Of a DNA stretch of 64,000 bases, positions 9,955 to 19,014 are shown in pieces. Made by a program: the position numbers and the translations under genes. The stretch comes from an uncultured delta proteobacterium. Its GTDB lineage: Bacteria > Myxococcota_A > Polyangia > Haliangiales > Haliangiaceae. Below the pieces are notes generated by a model, which did no database searches, was not told where the DNA came from, and saw nothing but the letters and a program-made list of their open reading frames with translations. Every line of letters begins with the position of its first letter. Position 1 is the first letter of the stretch. The stretch spans positions 640,001-704,000 of the forward strand of contig CAWKDB010000010.1 in assembly GCA_963848295.1 (NCBI GenBank), written 5' to 3'.

Positions 9955-10390
9955 GCAAGATGATCGGCTGAGGGCGTCGCTCCCGCACGCCGTGGTCCGG
10001 CTATTTCGGCTCGTCAACCGCGCGCACAACCGGGCCCTTCAACCGCTCGGTCTGTCGGCGGAGCAGGCGCACGTGCTGTCGTGTCTGTGGGCGCTGGGAC
10101 CGATGACGATGGGCCGGATGCTGCCGCTGCTCGCGCTGTCGAGCCCGACGTTGACCGGCGCGATCGATCGTATGGAAGCGCAGCACCTCGTGCGCCGCGT
10201 GCGCGATCGCGCGGACGGGCGCGCGTGGGTCCTCGAGCCCGACCCGACGGCCAACCGCAAGCGCCCGAAGATCGAGACCACGCTCGAGTCAGTCGAAGCA
10301 GCGTGCTTCGAGGGCCTGACGATGACCGAGCGCCGCGAGCTACTGCGACTGCTCGACAAGTGCGCGGCCAGCCTCGAAGCGGCGGCGTAG
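9953..10390 (+). CDS. MarR family transcriptional regulator
   Basis: wHTH pattern GLSAEQAHVL...SSPTLTGAIDRME...DRADGR. Confidence 0.92.
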   Translation: MQDDRLRASLPHAVVRLFRLVNRAHNRALQPLGLSAEQAHVLSCLWALGPMTMGRMLPLLALSSPTLTGAIDRMEAQHLVRRVRDRADGRAWVLEPDPTANRKRPKIETTLESVEAACFEGLTMTERRELLRLLDKCAASLEAAA

Positions 10391-10393
10391 GTC

Positions 10394-11137
10394 CTAGCCG
10401 TTCGCGGACGCGCGCTCGATCGCGGGACGAAACAGGTCGGCGGCACCGCCGATCACCGGCGTGCCATGCGCCGGCAACACGTTCGCGAACTTCTCGTCGA
10501 GGATCCGCCGTAGGTCGTCACGCGGCGGCTTGCACTGGCGCAGCCAACCCGGGCCGATGTTGTGGGGCACGATGAACTTCATCCGCTTCATCACGAACTT
10601 GCCGAGCCAGCTGAAGTACGGGTCGGGGGCCGCCCAGTTCTGCAGACAGTCGCCGGCGATGATCGTGCCACCGTGACGCTCGAGGACGATCATGCCTTCC
10701 GGCGGCGCGGATGCGATGAAGTACAGCTTCGCGCCTGCGAGAGGCAGCTCGGTCGCGGACTCCATCTCGACCGTCGGCGCGAAGTATGTCTTCGTCTTGT
10801 TGGTGTCGAACCCAGAGGTGTAACGCTGGCCCTTGACCGCCCAGACCTTCGCGCCATAGCGGTCGGCATAGAACGGATCATCCATGCCGTGATTCCCGGC
10901 GACCCGGATCACGTCGCTCACCTTGCCGAGCTTGTCGAGCGCTTCGAGGCCGGCGTCGTCGAGTCGCACCGTATTGATCAACACGAGGCGCGCCCCTTCA
11001 CGCACGACCACCATGTTGCGGCTGCACCGGATCGGCAACGGCCCGGGTATCGACACGGTGCCGGTGACGAAGAAGATGCCCGGCAGAACTTCTTCGAGCG
11101 CGCCGTGCGGGCGCGCGGCGGGAAACGGGCGACTCAT
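10394..11137 (-). CDS. Hypothetical protein, probable metallo-beta-lactamase-like fold
   Basis: NHGMDD, AGDC, LPAHG motifs; coding-like composition. Confidence 0.6.
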   Translation of the reverse strand: MSRPFPAARPHGALEEVLPGIFFVTGTVSIPGPLPIRCSRNMVVVREGARLVLINTVRLDDAGLEALDKLGKVSDVIRVAGNHGMDDPFYADRYGAKVWAVKGQRYTSGFDTNKTKTYFAPTVEMESATELPLAGAKLYFIASAPPEGMIVLERHGGTIIAGDCLQNWAAPDPYFSWLGKFVMKRMKFIVPHNIGPGWLRQCKPPRDDLRRILDEKFANVLPAHGTPVIGGAADLFRPAIERASANG

Positions 11138-11146
11138 ACCTCGAGT

Positions 11147-11605
11147 CTACGCACCGAGCCGGGCCACCACCACTTTTGCAGGGCGGAGGAGGCTGTCGCC
11201 AAATCGATAGCCGGGCTCACCCTGTTCGAGGACGAGCGCATGACGCGCGGGATCCAGAACCGGGATCACCGCGATCGCCTCGTGGACACTCGGATCGAAC
11301 GTCGCGCCGATCGCATCGATGCGTTCCACGCCGTAGCCGCGAAGCACCGTTTCCAGCTGCGACCGCACCGCGAGCACGCCGTCGAGCAAGGCCCTACCCT
11401 CGCCGTGATCTTGGGCCGCGCGGATCGTGCGATCGAGGTTGTCGAGCACCGGCAACAGCTGGGCGACGAGCTTGCCGCGCGTTTCATCGCCGATCCGAGC
11501 CGCCTCGCGCTCGACCCGTGCGCGCGCCGCGTCGAGCTCGTTGACCGCACGGCGCAGGGTCGTACGATCGGGCTCGGCGCTCTCGGTGGCGGTGGGCTCG
11601 GGCAT
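11147..11605 (-). CDS. grpE: Nucleotide exchange factor GrpE (orphan copy)
   Basis: LLPVLDNLDR, FDPSVHEAI, GYRFGDSLLRPAKVVV. Confidence 0.9.
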   Translation of the reverse strand: MPEPTATESAEPDRTTLRRAVNELDAARARVEREAARIGDETRGKLVAQLLPVLDNLDRTIRAAQDHGEGRALLDGVLAVRSQLETVLRGYGVERIDAIGATFDPSVHEAIAVIPVLDPARHALVLEQGEPGYRFGDSLLRPAKVVVARLGA

Positions 11606-11697
11606 CGCGAATAACCTAGTTACGCTTCGGGCTCATGCAGCTAGCCGTTCGGACGGGCGCTGGTGATCCGACCGCGCGGCCCGTTCGTATCTCCGAC

Positions 11698-11823
11698 ATG
11701 GGGATGCGGACCAAGCTAGCGCTCGTCTTCGCGATCGTATTTGCGGTCGGCTGCGCGGCATCGACCTACCGCTACCTCGACGGCGCGATCCAGATGCCGG
11801 GCTCGCTCGTAGACCAGCGCTAG
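11698..11823 (+). CDS. Putative mini-lipoprotein (about 40 aa)
   Basis: MGMRTKLALVFAIVFAVGC signal with AVGC lipobox; fills intergenic gap. Confidence 0.4.
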   Translation: MGMRTKLALVFAIVFAVGCAASTYRYLDGAIQMPGSLVDQR

Positions 11824-11842
11824 CCGGCGTACCTTCGCGCGC

Positions 11843-12469
11843 ATGCGCTTCCCCCTGCTCGCGTCGGTCGCCGTGCTCGCCGTTGTCGCCGCCTCGCCGG
11901 TCCATGCGAAGAAGATGACCGATCCGCTGACCGGGGCGTTGGCGAACCTCGCGACCGCGGCGCAGTGCGACAACAAGGCGTCGCTGTGGCGACCGTGGTG
12001 CATTGCCGCGACCGGCTGGAGCAATGGCACCGCCGCCGATCTGCCTGTCGGCAAGGTGCTGGTCGGGATGACCCTCGAGATCCAAGACGGGAAAGACCTC
12101 AAGCAGGCGCTCAGCGATGCGGTCAGCTTGACCGCGTTCGCGATCGGCAACGACCACGCGGTCAAGGTCACCACGGTCAAGCCGACGAGCGATGCCGAGT
12201 CGCGATCGGTGGGAGAAGCGGTGTTCGACCTCGCCGCGGTATTCAAGGACAAGGCGGACGTCGCAAAGCTGCCGAAGGATCTCGCGAGCTACGTCGCGGG
12301 ACTCAAGGGCGCGTATCCGGCCACCAAGGCCACGAACGAGTGGACGTGGAAGGGCGCGAGCGCCGGCCGCGCGCGCAAGGTCGGCCGGTGGTGGGTCGTG
12401 ATCGAATCGCCGAACGCGCACAACGGGTTCTTCGTGACGATCCTGACCGACGCCTGGGCGTCCCAGTAG
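11843..12469 (+). CDS. Secreted hypothetical protein
   Basis: Sec signal peptide ending VHA; coding-like composition. Confidence 0.75.
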   Translation: MRFPLLASVAVLAVVAASPVHAKKMTDPLTGALANLATAAQCDNKASLWRPWCIAATGWSNGTAADLPVGKVLVGMTLEIQDGKDLKQALSDAVSLTAFAIGNDHAVKVTTVKPTSDAESRSVGEAVFDLAAVFKDKADVAKLPKDLASYVAGLKGAYPATKATNEWTWKGASAGRARKVGRWWVVIESPNAHNGFFVTILTDAWASQ

Positions 12470-12973
12470 TCAGCGCAGCGCGCGCGCTCGACCGCGCAGC
12501 TCGTGCAAGCCCGCGAGCTCGAGTTGGCGGACGCGTTCCCGCGTCAGGTTCGTGATGTCGCCGATCTGCTCGAGCGTGTGACCGCCGGCGTCGGCGATAT
12601 CGAGCGCGCACGAGTGCTCGAGCTGCCACGGCTCGAGCTCGGGAAAGTTGAGCTTGATCGATCCGGTGCGCGGGTTGACGTCGAGGAACAGGTGGTGCTT
12701 GCAGCTCACCCAAGGACACGGGCGGATCTGGCCACACTCACCGCGGGTCGCGGGCCGCTCGGCGAGCTCGGGCACCGGTTCGATCCATGCGGCGAGCTCG
12801 CCCGCCGTGAGTCGGCGCGGAGCGATCGTCTTCGCGCGCGGTCGAGTCCGTCGCGAGCGCAGCTTGCGGCTCGTGGTCGGCAACATGCCGGGCGGGGACA
12901 AGCCCCCGGCGTCGCACGCGCTGTCGTCTAACGCCGCGGTCACATCACAACCCTCGCCATCGTGCGTCGTCAT
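12470..12973 (-). CDS. Sigma-70 region-4-like HTH protein with Cys/His motif
   Basis: [23 protein letters not shown]...SCALD; C-terminal [20 protein letters not shown] (region 4.2 HTH). Confidence 0.8.
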   Translation of the reverse strand: MTTHDGEGCDVTAALDDSACDAGGLSPPGMLPTTSRKLRSRRTRPRAKTIAPRRLTAGELAAWIEPVPELAERPATRGECGQIRPCPWVSCKHHLFLDVNPRTGSIKLNFPELEPWQLEHSCALDIADAGGHTLEQIGDITNLTRERVRQLELAGLHELRGRARALR

Positions 12974-13207
12974 CGCTTCCCCCGCTGATCGAACGTTGAC
13001 GGGCGGCCTGGCCGCGCGACGCGATGCCGCGGACTCCCACCAGAGTCCAACGCGTCATCGAGCATCGATCGCCCAGGTTCCCGCAGTGAAAACATATGTA
13101 AATGGGTAGGTAGATTCAAGCGTATTCGGTCAATAAATTACGATCTGGAAACTTTTCGGCGAATTCATGTTGGCGTGACCTGAGAGTCGCGGTACCGATC
13201 ACGACCG

Positions 13208-13750
13208 ATGACGGCGACGCGAACCACGTGGGGCGGCACCCGCCCCGGCGCCGGACGACCGGCGAAGCACGCGATCACGAGCGAGCGCCATCAGCGCCGG
13301 CCGGCGCTGTCGCGGCGTCATCCCGTCCGGGTCGTCGCGCGCGTGGTGCCGGCCGTGCGTCGACTGCGCTCGCGATCCGGCCGCCGAGCGATTGCCCACG
13401 CGATCGCGCTATCGCTGGCGCGAACCGAGTTTCGGATCGTCTACGTTTCGGTGCTCGCCCATCGGCTCGAGCTGATCGTCGAGGCCGACGATCGGATCGC
13501 GCTCGCCCGCGGCATGCAGGGCTTCCAGATCGCCGCCGCGCGTGCGCTCAACCGCGCATTCGGCCGGCGCGGCGCGGTGTTCGCCGATCGCTACCACGCG
13601 CGCCCGCTCGCGACTCGCGCCGCCGTGCGCGCAGCGGTCGTCGAGCTTCCGCCGGCGACGCTCGCCGCGGCCTGGCCGCTGACCTGGCTGCTCGTCGTCG
13701 AGCTCGTGCCGGCGCGCAGCTGGCGACGCCCGCCGGCGCAGCCGCCGTGA
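13208..13750 (+). CDS. REP-associated tyrosine (Y1/HUH) transposase homolog with degenerate catalytic motifs
   Basis: WGGTRPGAGRP, RHPVRVVARV, FRIVYVSVLAHRLELIVEADD, LARGMQG, VFADRYHARPL; HUH reads RLE and no catalytic Tyr follows. Confidence 0.75.
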   Translation: MTATRTTWGGTRPGAGRPAKHAITSERHQRRPALSRRHPVRVVARVVPAVRRLRSRSGRRAIAHAIALSLARTEFRIVYVSVLAHRLELIVEADDRIALARGMQGFQIAAARALNRAFGRRGAVFADRYHARPLATRAAVRAAVVELPPATLAAAWPLTWLLVVELVPARSWRRPPAQPP

Positions 13751-13803
13751 CCAACTTGTCCGCGAGGGACCCGGAACGACGACCGGGTCGCGGTCACCTG
13801 ATC

Positions 13804-14607
13804 TCACTTGTTGCGGCGCAGGAAGATCGCGGCGCGTTCCTCGAGCACACGGAACGTAAACGTCTCGGTCAGGTACAGCTCGACGTTGTCGCGATCGCTC
13901 GTCGTGTAGCCGATCGAGAGATCCTGTCCGACCGTGAGCTCGAAGTCCCCGCCGCGGGTGGACAGCAGCACCGCGCCGCCCTTGAGCGCGGGCGCCCAGA
14001 TGATCTTGCTGTCGAGGATGTTCTCCTCGATCCGCTTGCGCAGCGGATAGCCGTCATCGCCGGTCGCGACCAGCTCGTCGTAGGCCACGAGCCCGGCGGC
14101 GAGCGCGTATGGGCCGTTGACGCCGGCGAGCCGCAGCGCTTCTTTCGCGGCGGTGAGCGCGCGCGGCCAATCGAGGATCGACTTCACTTCGACCGGCTTG
14201 TGCGGGCTGCATTCGATGATGCCTTGGATCTTGCCGGGCTTGAACCCGTGGAAGATCGCGCCATCTTCGGCATGTGCGACTTGCTCGGCGGTGTCGATCA
14301 CGACGTCGAGATCGAGGTCGGTCGCGCCGCGGCCGGCGTAGTCGAGCTCGACTAGCGGCAAGACGATCGGCGAGCGCAACTCGACGAGCGGCTGGACCTC
14401 GCGGATCGCGTGGCTGACCCCTCCGGCCGCCTTGATGTGCTCGAGCCGGCCGGTGTTGACGCAGCCGACCTTCCAGCCATGCGGGCCCGAGAAGTCGACG
14501 AGCTTTCGCCCGGCGAGGTGGAGCTCGAGCACTCGTTTCGCCTCTTCATCGATCTGTTGCCAGGCTTCGCTCGTGATCGGAGCGAGCTCGCGTTTAAGTA
14601 AGTCCAT
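13804..14607 (-). CDS. Family 1 encapsulin shell protein (Linocin M18)
   Basis: MDLLKRELAPIT, AGRKLVDFSGPHG, GGDFELTVGQDLSIGY, LYLTETFTFRV. Confidence 0.95.
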   Translation of the reverse strand: MDLLKRELAPITSEAWQQIDEEAKRVLELHLAGRKLVDFSGPHGWKVGCVNTGRLEHIKAAGGVSHAIREVQPLVELRSPIVLPLVELDYAGRGATDLDLDVVIDTAEQVAHAEDGAIFHGFKPGKIQGIIECSPHKPVEVKSILDWPRALTAAKEALRLAGVNGPYALAAGLVAYDELVATGDDGYPLRKRIEENILDSKIIWAPALKGGAVLLSTRGGDFELTVGQDLSIGYTTSDRDNVELYLTETFTFRVLEERAAIFLRRNK

Positions 14608-14981
14608 TACGGTTGTCCTTTCAAGCTGCCGATACCGAGCGAGGTCGACGCGTTGCTCGCGGCGGCCTCACCGCCGCCGCCCATCGCCTGCGCTTCGACC
14701 GCGACGATCGGCCCGGCCGTGTCGAGGTACCGGTCGAGGTTCAGATCGAACACCGGATTGTGGCGGCGGATCCACTCGAGCGTCATCATCGCGTGCTCGA
14801 TCTCCTCGTTCTTGTTGTGGGTCAGCACCGCCGCGAGATCGCTATCGCTGCACGCCTCGGCGCGCTGCTGGTACCAATCGATGGCTTCCAGCTCCTCGCG
14901 CAGCGACACCAGCGCGCGATGCATGTTCTTCGTGGGCTCGGTCAGGAGCTCGATCGGCTCGTGATAACTCTCGCTACTCAT
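14607..14981 (-). CDS. Encapsulated ferritin-like cargo protein (EncFtn/Flp)
   Basis: HRALVSLREELEAIDWYQQRA, NEEIEHAMMTLEWIRR; C-terminal targeting peptide LGIGSLKG. Confidence 0.95.
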   Translation of the reverse strand: MSSESYHEPIELLTEPTKNMHRALVSLREELEAIDWYQQRAEACSDSDLAAVLTHNKNEEIEHAMMTLEWIRRHNPVFDLNLDRYLDTAGPIVAVEAQAMGGGGEAAASNASTSLGIGSLKGQP

Positions 14982-15082
14982 CGTTGGCGACCATATCACC
15001 GCCGGGTTCGCGTACCAGCGCCGTAGCCGAGGGACCGCACGAGCGAGCGTCTGTGCCACACCGCGCGCTTCGCGTGGCGCTG

Positions 15083-16999
15083 CTAGGCCGCTATCGGCGC
15101 GGCGAACTGCGCGTGATACAGCGCGTGATAGGCGCCGCCCGCCGCGAGCAACTGTGCGTGCGTGCCCTGCTCGACGATCCGCCCGTTTTCCATGACGAGG
15201 ATCAGGTCGGCATCGCGGATCGTCGACAGCCGGTGCGCGATCACGAAGCTCGTACGCCGCTCGCGCAGTGTCGCCATCGCCTGCTGGACGAGCACTTCGG
15301 TGCGGGTGTCGACCGACGACGTGGCTTCATCGAGGATCAGGATCGACGGGTCGGCGAGAAACGCCCGCGCGATCGTGATCAGCTGCTTCTCGCCGGTGCT
15401 GAGGTTGCTGCTCTCTTCGTCGATCACGGTGTCGTAGCCACCGGGCAGCGCGCGGACGAAGCGATCGACGTACGTCGCCTTCGCGGCGGCGAGCATGTCG
15501 GCTTCGCTCGCGGTGAGGTTTCCGTACTTGATGTTGTCGCGGATCGTGCCCCCGAACAGCCACGTGTCTTGCAACACCATCCCGAGCTTGCACCGTAGAG
15601 CCGCGCGCGGCACGGCCGCGATGTCGACGCCATCGAGCAGGATCGCGCCGGCATCGAGGTCGTAGAATCGCATCAACAGATTCACGAGCGTCGTCTTGCC
15701 CGCGCCGGTCGGCCCGACGATCGCCACGGTCTGCCCCGGCAGCGCGACGAGCGACAGCTGATCGATCAACGGAACATCGGGCTTGTACCGGAACGTCGCC
15801 GCCTCGAACCGGACCTCGCCGCGGGTCGGGCTGGGGAGCACGGCGGTCGTGCGATCCGCGGACTCGTCCGGCACGTCGAGCAACTCGAACACGCGCTCGG
15901 CCGAGGCGACGCCGGACTGCAACACGTTCGCGACCTGGGCGAGCTGGCTGAGCTGTTGCGTGAACTGGCGCGAGTACTGGATGAACGCCTGCACGCTGCC
16001 GATCAGCATCGTCCCCCACGCGATGCGCAAGCCGCCGATCACCGCGATCGCGACGTAGTTGAGGTTTCCGATGAAGTTGATCGCCGGCATGATCATGCTC
16101 GAGATGAACTGAGCGCGAAACCCGGCGGCGAACAGCTCGTCGTTCTTCGCGCGGAACTTGCCCTCGATCTCGGCGCGCCGGCCGAAAACCTTGACCAGCG
16201 CGTGTCCGGTGAACGCCTCCTCGATCTGACCGTTGAGCGCACCGACATGCTTCCACTGCGCGACGAAGCCCTTCTGTGCCCGCTTGCCGATCCGCGCGGC
16301 GAGCCCGACCGAAACCGGCACGGTGACCAGCGCGATGATCGCGAGCAACGGCGAGATCACGACGAGCATCACGAGCACGCCGATCGCGGTCAGCGCGGCG
16401 TTGAGGATCTGGCTGAGCGTCTGCTGCAGCGCCATCGCGACGTTGTCGATGTCGTTGGTGACGCGCGACAGCACCTCGCCGTGCTGCTGGCCATCGAAGT
16501 ACGACAGCGGCACGCGCATCAACTTGTCCTCGACGTCGGCGCGCAGCTTGCGCACGCTGCCTTGGACCGCGAAGTTGAGCACGTAGAGCTGCAACCACAT
16601 GAACAGCGAGGCCAGCGCATAGATGACGAGCAGCGTCGTCAATAGCTCGGCGAGCGCGTCGAGATCGAGGCCGACGCCGCTGTGCGCGTGCATCGCATCG
16701 GCCAGTTGCGTGTTCGCATGGCTACCGGCGTGAGTGCCGAGGAATCCGCGAAAGATGATGTTCGTGCCCTTGCCGAGCAGCCACGGCCCGAGGACGTTGA
16801 ACGACACCGCGACGACCGCGCACCCGATCACCACCATCAGCAGGCGCTTGTGCGGCGCGAGCCGGCCGAGCAGTCGCCGCGCCGACGCGACGAAGGTCTT
16901 GGCCTTCTGCGGCGGGCCCATGCTCATCCCCATCGGACCCCGCATCATCGGGCGCGGCGGTTGGGCCGGAGCGCTGCCGGGTGGGCGGTTCGTCGCCAT
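15083..16999 (-). CDS. ABC exporter, fused TMD-NBD subunit
   Basis: GPTGAGKTT, LSTGEKQ, ILILDEATS, IAHRLSTI. Confidence 0.95.
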   Translation of the reverse strand: MATNRPPGSAPAQPPRPMMRGPMGMSMGPPQKAKTFVASARRLLGRLAPHKRLLMVVIGCAVVAVSFNVLGPWLLGKGTNIIFRGFLGTHAGSHANTQLADAMHAHSGVGLDLDALAELLTTLLVIYALASLFMWLQLYVLNFAVQGSVRKLRADVEDKLMRVPLSYFDGQQHGEVLSRVTNDIDNVAMALQQTLSQILNAALTAIGVLVMLVVISPLLAIIALVTVPVSVGLAARIGKRAQKGFVAQWKHVGALNGQIEEAFTGHALVKVFGRRAEIEGKFRAKNDELFAAGFRAQFISSMIMPAINFIGNLNYVAIAVIGGLRIAWGTMLIGSVQAFIQYSRQFTQQLSQLAQVANVLQSGVASAERVFELLDVPDESADRTTAVLPSPTRGEVRFEAATFRYKPDVPLIDQLSLVALPGQTVAIVGPTGAGKTTLVNLLMRFYDLDAGAILLDGVDIAAVPRAALRCKLGMVLQDTWLFGGTIRDNIKYGNLTASEADMLAAAKATYVDRFVRALPGGYDTVIDEESSNLSTGEKQLITIARAFLADPSILILDEATSSVDTRTEVLVQQAMATLRERRTSFVIAHRLSTIRDADLILVMENGRIVEQGTHAQLLAAGGAYHALYHAQFAAPIAA

Positions 17000-17002
17000 G
17001 GC

Positions 17003-18739
17003 TCAGGCCGCCACGTCCTGATCTTCGGTCTGCGACGTCACGATCTCGACGTAGGTCGGGCACGTCTGCATCAGCTGCGCGTGCGTGCCCTTGCCGACGA
17101 GCTTGCCGCCGTCGAGCACGAGGATCTGCTGGGCGTTGCGGATGCTCGCCACGCGCTGCGCCACCAGGATCACCGCGGTGCTCGCGATCACCGGGGCGAG
17201 CGCGACGCGCAGCCGCGCCTCGGTCGCGAGATCGAGCGCCGAAAACGAGTCGTCGAACAGGAACACGCCGGGTTGGCGGAGCAACGCGCGCGCGATCGCG
17301 AGGCGCTGGCGCTGACCGCCGGAAACGTTTGTCCCGCCCTGCGCGATCGGTGCCTCGAGTCGCAGCGGCATCTGCTCGACGAAGTCCTTTGCCTGCGCGA
17401 TCTCCAGCGCGGCCCATAGCTGCTCGTCGGTCGCGTCGGGCTTGCCGAATCTCAAGTTGGTCGCGATCGTTCCCGAAAACAGGTATGCGCGCTGCGGCAC
17501 GACACCGATCCGCGCCCACAGCTCTTCGGGCTCGCGCTCGCGGACGTCGAGCCCGTCGACCAGCACGCTGCCCGCGGTCGGATCGCCGAGCCGCGGGATC
17601 AGCTCGAGCAGCGTGGTCTTGCCGGCGCCGGTCGATCCGATGATCGCGGTGATCTCGCCCGGCTTCGCGGTGAACGAGATGTCGGCGAGCACCGGCGCGC
17701 TCGCCCCGGGGTACTTGTACTCGACGCCGCGCAGCTCGACGACACCGGTGAGCGCACCGGGTCGCTGCGGCAGGGCCGGGGGCGCTACCGCGGGCTCGGT
17801 GTCGAGCACCTCGCAGATCCGCTCGGCGCACACCGCGGCGCGCGGGATCATGATCGACATGAACGACGTCATCATCACTGCGACCAGGATCTGCATCAGG
17901 TAGCTGAGGTATGCGGTGAGGGCGCCGATCTCGAGCGAGCCGGCGGCGATCCGCTTCGCGCCGAACCACAGCACGGCGACGCTAGAGACGTTGAACACGA
18001 GCGTGACGGTCGGCCACATGAGCGCCTGGAGCTTGCCGACCTCGATCGCGATGCCGGTGAGCTCGCCGTTCGCGCCGTCGAACCGCCTCGCCTCCGCCGG
18101 CTCCCGCACGAACGCGCGCACGACGCGCATGCCGGTGATCTGCTCGCGCAATACGCGATTGACCGTATCGATCTTCGGCTGCATCGCGCGGAACTTCGGG
18201 ATCATCCGGCTGATGATGAAACCGATGCTGCCGGCGAGCACCGGGATCGCGACGAGGAGCAGCCGCGACAGCGTCAGGTCATCGCGCAACGCCATCACGA
18301 TCCCGCCGACGCACATGATCGGCGCCATCACGAGCATCGTCGCGGTCATCAGCACGAACATCTGGATCTGCTGGACGTCGTTCGTCGTGCGAGTGATCAA
18401 CGACGGCGCGCCGAGCTTGCCGACCTCGCGCGCCGACAACCGACCGACGTGATGAAACACCACGTCGCGCAGATCTCGACCGTAGCCCAAGGCGACGCGC
18501 GCCCCGAAGTACACCGCCGCGATCGAGCAGACGACCTGTGCCGCCGCGATCGCGAGCATCACCCCGCCCCACCTCAGCACGTAGCCGGTGTCGCCGGTCG
18601 CGACGCCGCGGTCGATGATGTCGCCGTTGATGCTCGGTAGGAACAGCGTGCCGGTGACTGCGAGCAGCTGGAGCCCGACGAGCGCGATCAGCGGCCGCTT
18701 GAACGGCGCGAGGTACACGCGGAGCAGGCGCCACAGCAC
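17003..18739 (-). CDS. ABC exporter, fused TMD-NBD subunit with degenerate site (heterodimer partner)
   Basis: GSTGAGKTT, VSGGQRQR, FLFDDSFSALD, VAQRVA (degenerate Walker B Glu and switch His). Confidence 0.95.
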   Translation of the reverse strand: MLWRLLRVYLAPFKRPLIALVGLQLLAVTGTLFLPSINGDIIDRGVATGDTGYVLRWGGVMLAIAAAQVVCSIAAVYFGARVALGYGRDLRDVVFHHVGRLSAREVGKLGAPSLITRTTNDVQQIQMFVLMTATMLVMAPIMCVGGIVMALRDDLTLSRLLLVAIPVLAGSIGFIISRMIPKFRAMQPKIDTVNRVLREQITGMRVVRAFVREPAEARRFDGANGELTGIAIEVGKLQALMWPTVTLVFNVSSVAVLWFGAKRIAAGSLEIGALTAYLSYLMQILVAVMMTSFMSIMIPRAAVCAERICEVLDTEPAVAPPALPQRPGALTGVVELRGVEYKYPGASAPVLADISFTAKPGEITAIIGSTGAGKTTLLELIPRLGDPTAGSVLVDGLDVREREPEELWARIGVVPQRAYLFSGTIATNLRFGKPDATDEQLWAALEIAQAKDFVEQMPLRLEAPIAQGGTNVSGGQRQRLAIARALLRQPGVFLFDDSFSALDLATEARLRVALAPVIASTAVILVAQRVASIRNAQQILVLDGGKLVGKGTHAQLMQTCPTYVEIVTSQTEDQDVAA

Positions 18740-19014
18740 ATGTCCTTGCTAACCGAGCCAGCGACGAAGGGCAATGTCCGGAACGGCGCCGACGTGTGAA
18801 TAAACCTGACGCGAAGTTGATAGGATCGGTTCGATGCAACGGGCGGCGGTTTGTGCGATCTTCATCGTGGGATCAGGGGCGTGCACCGCCCGCTCGCAGC
18901 CGTTACTTGCGGCGACGATGCTGCTTGATCGGCCTGCCCGCGGCGGAGTCCGCGAAAATACGTGGCCGCCGGTTTGCGACCACGGGCGGCCATCGGCGTA
19001 GCGTACGCGAACCT

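Noticed and set aside
13208..13803. Active IS200/IS605 element
   Set aside because: Catalytic residues are absent and there is no tnpB. The small hairpin at about 13767-13788 is more simply a terminator-like structure between convergent genes.
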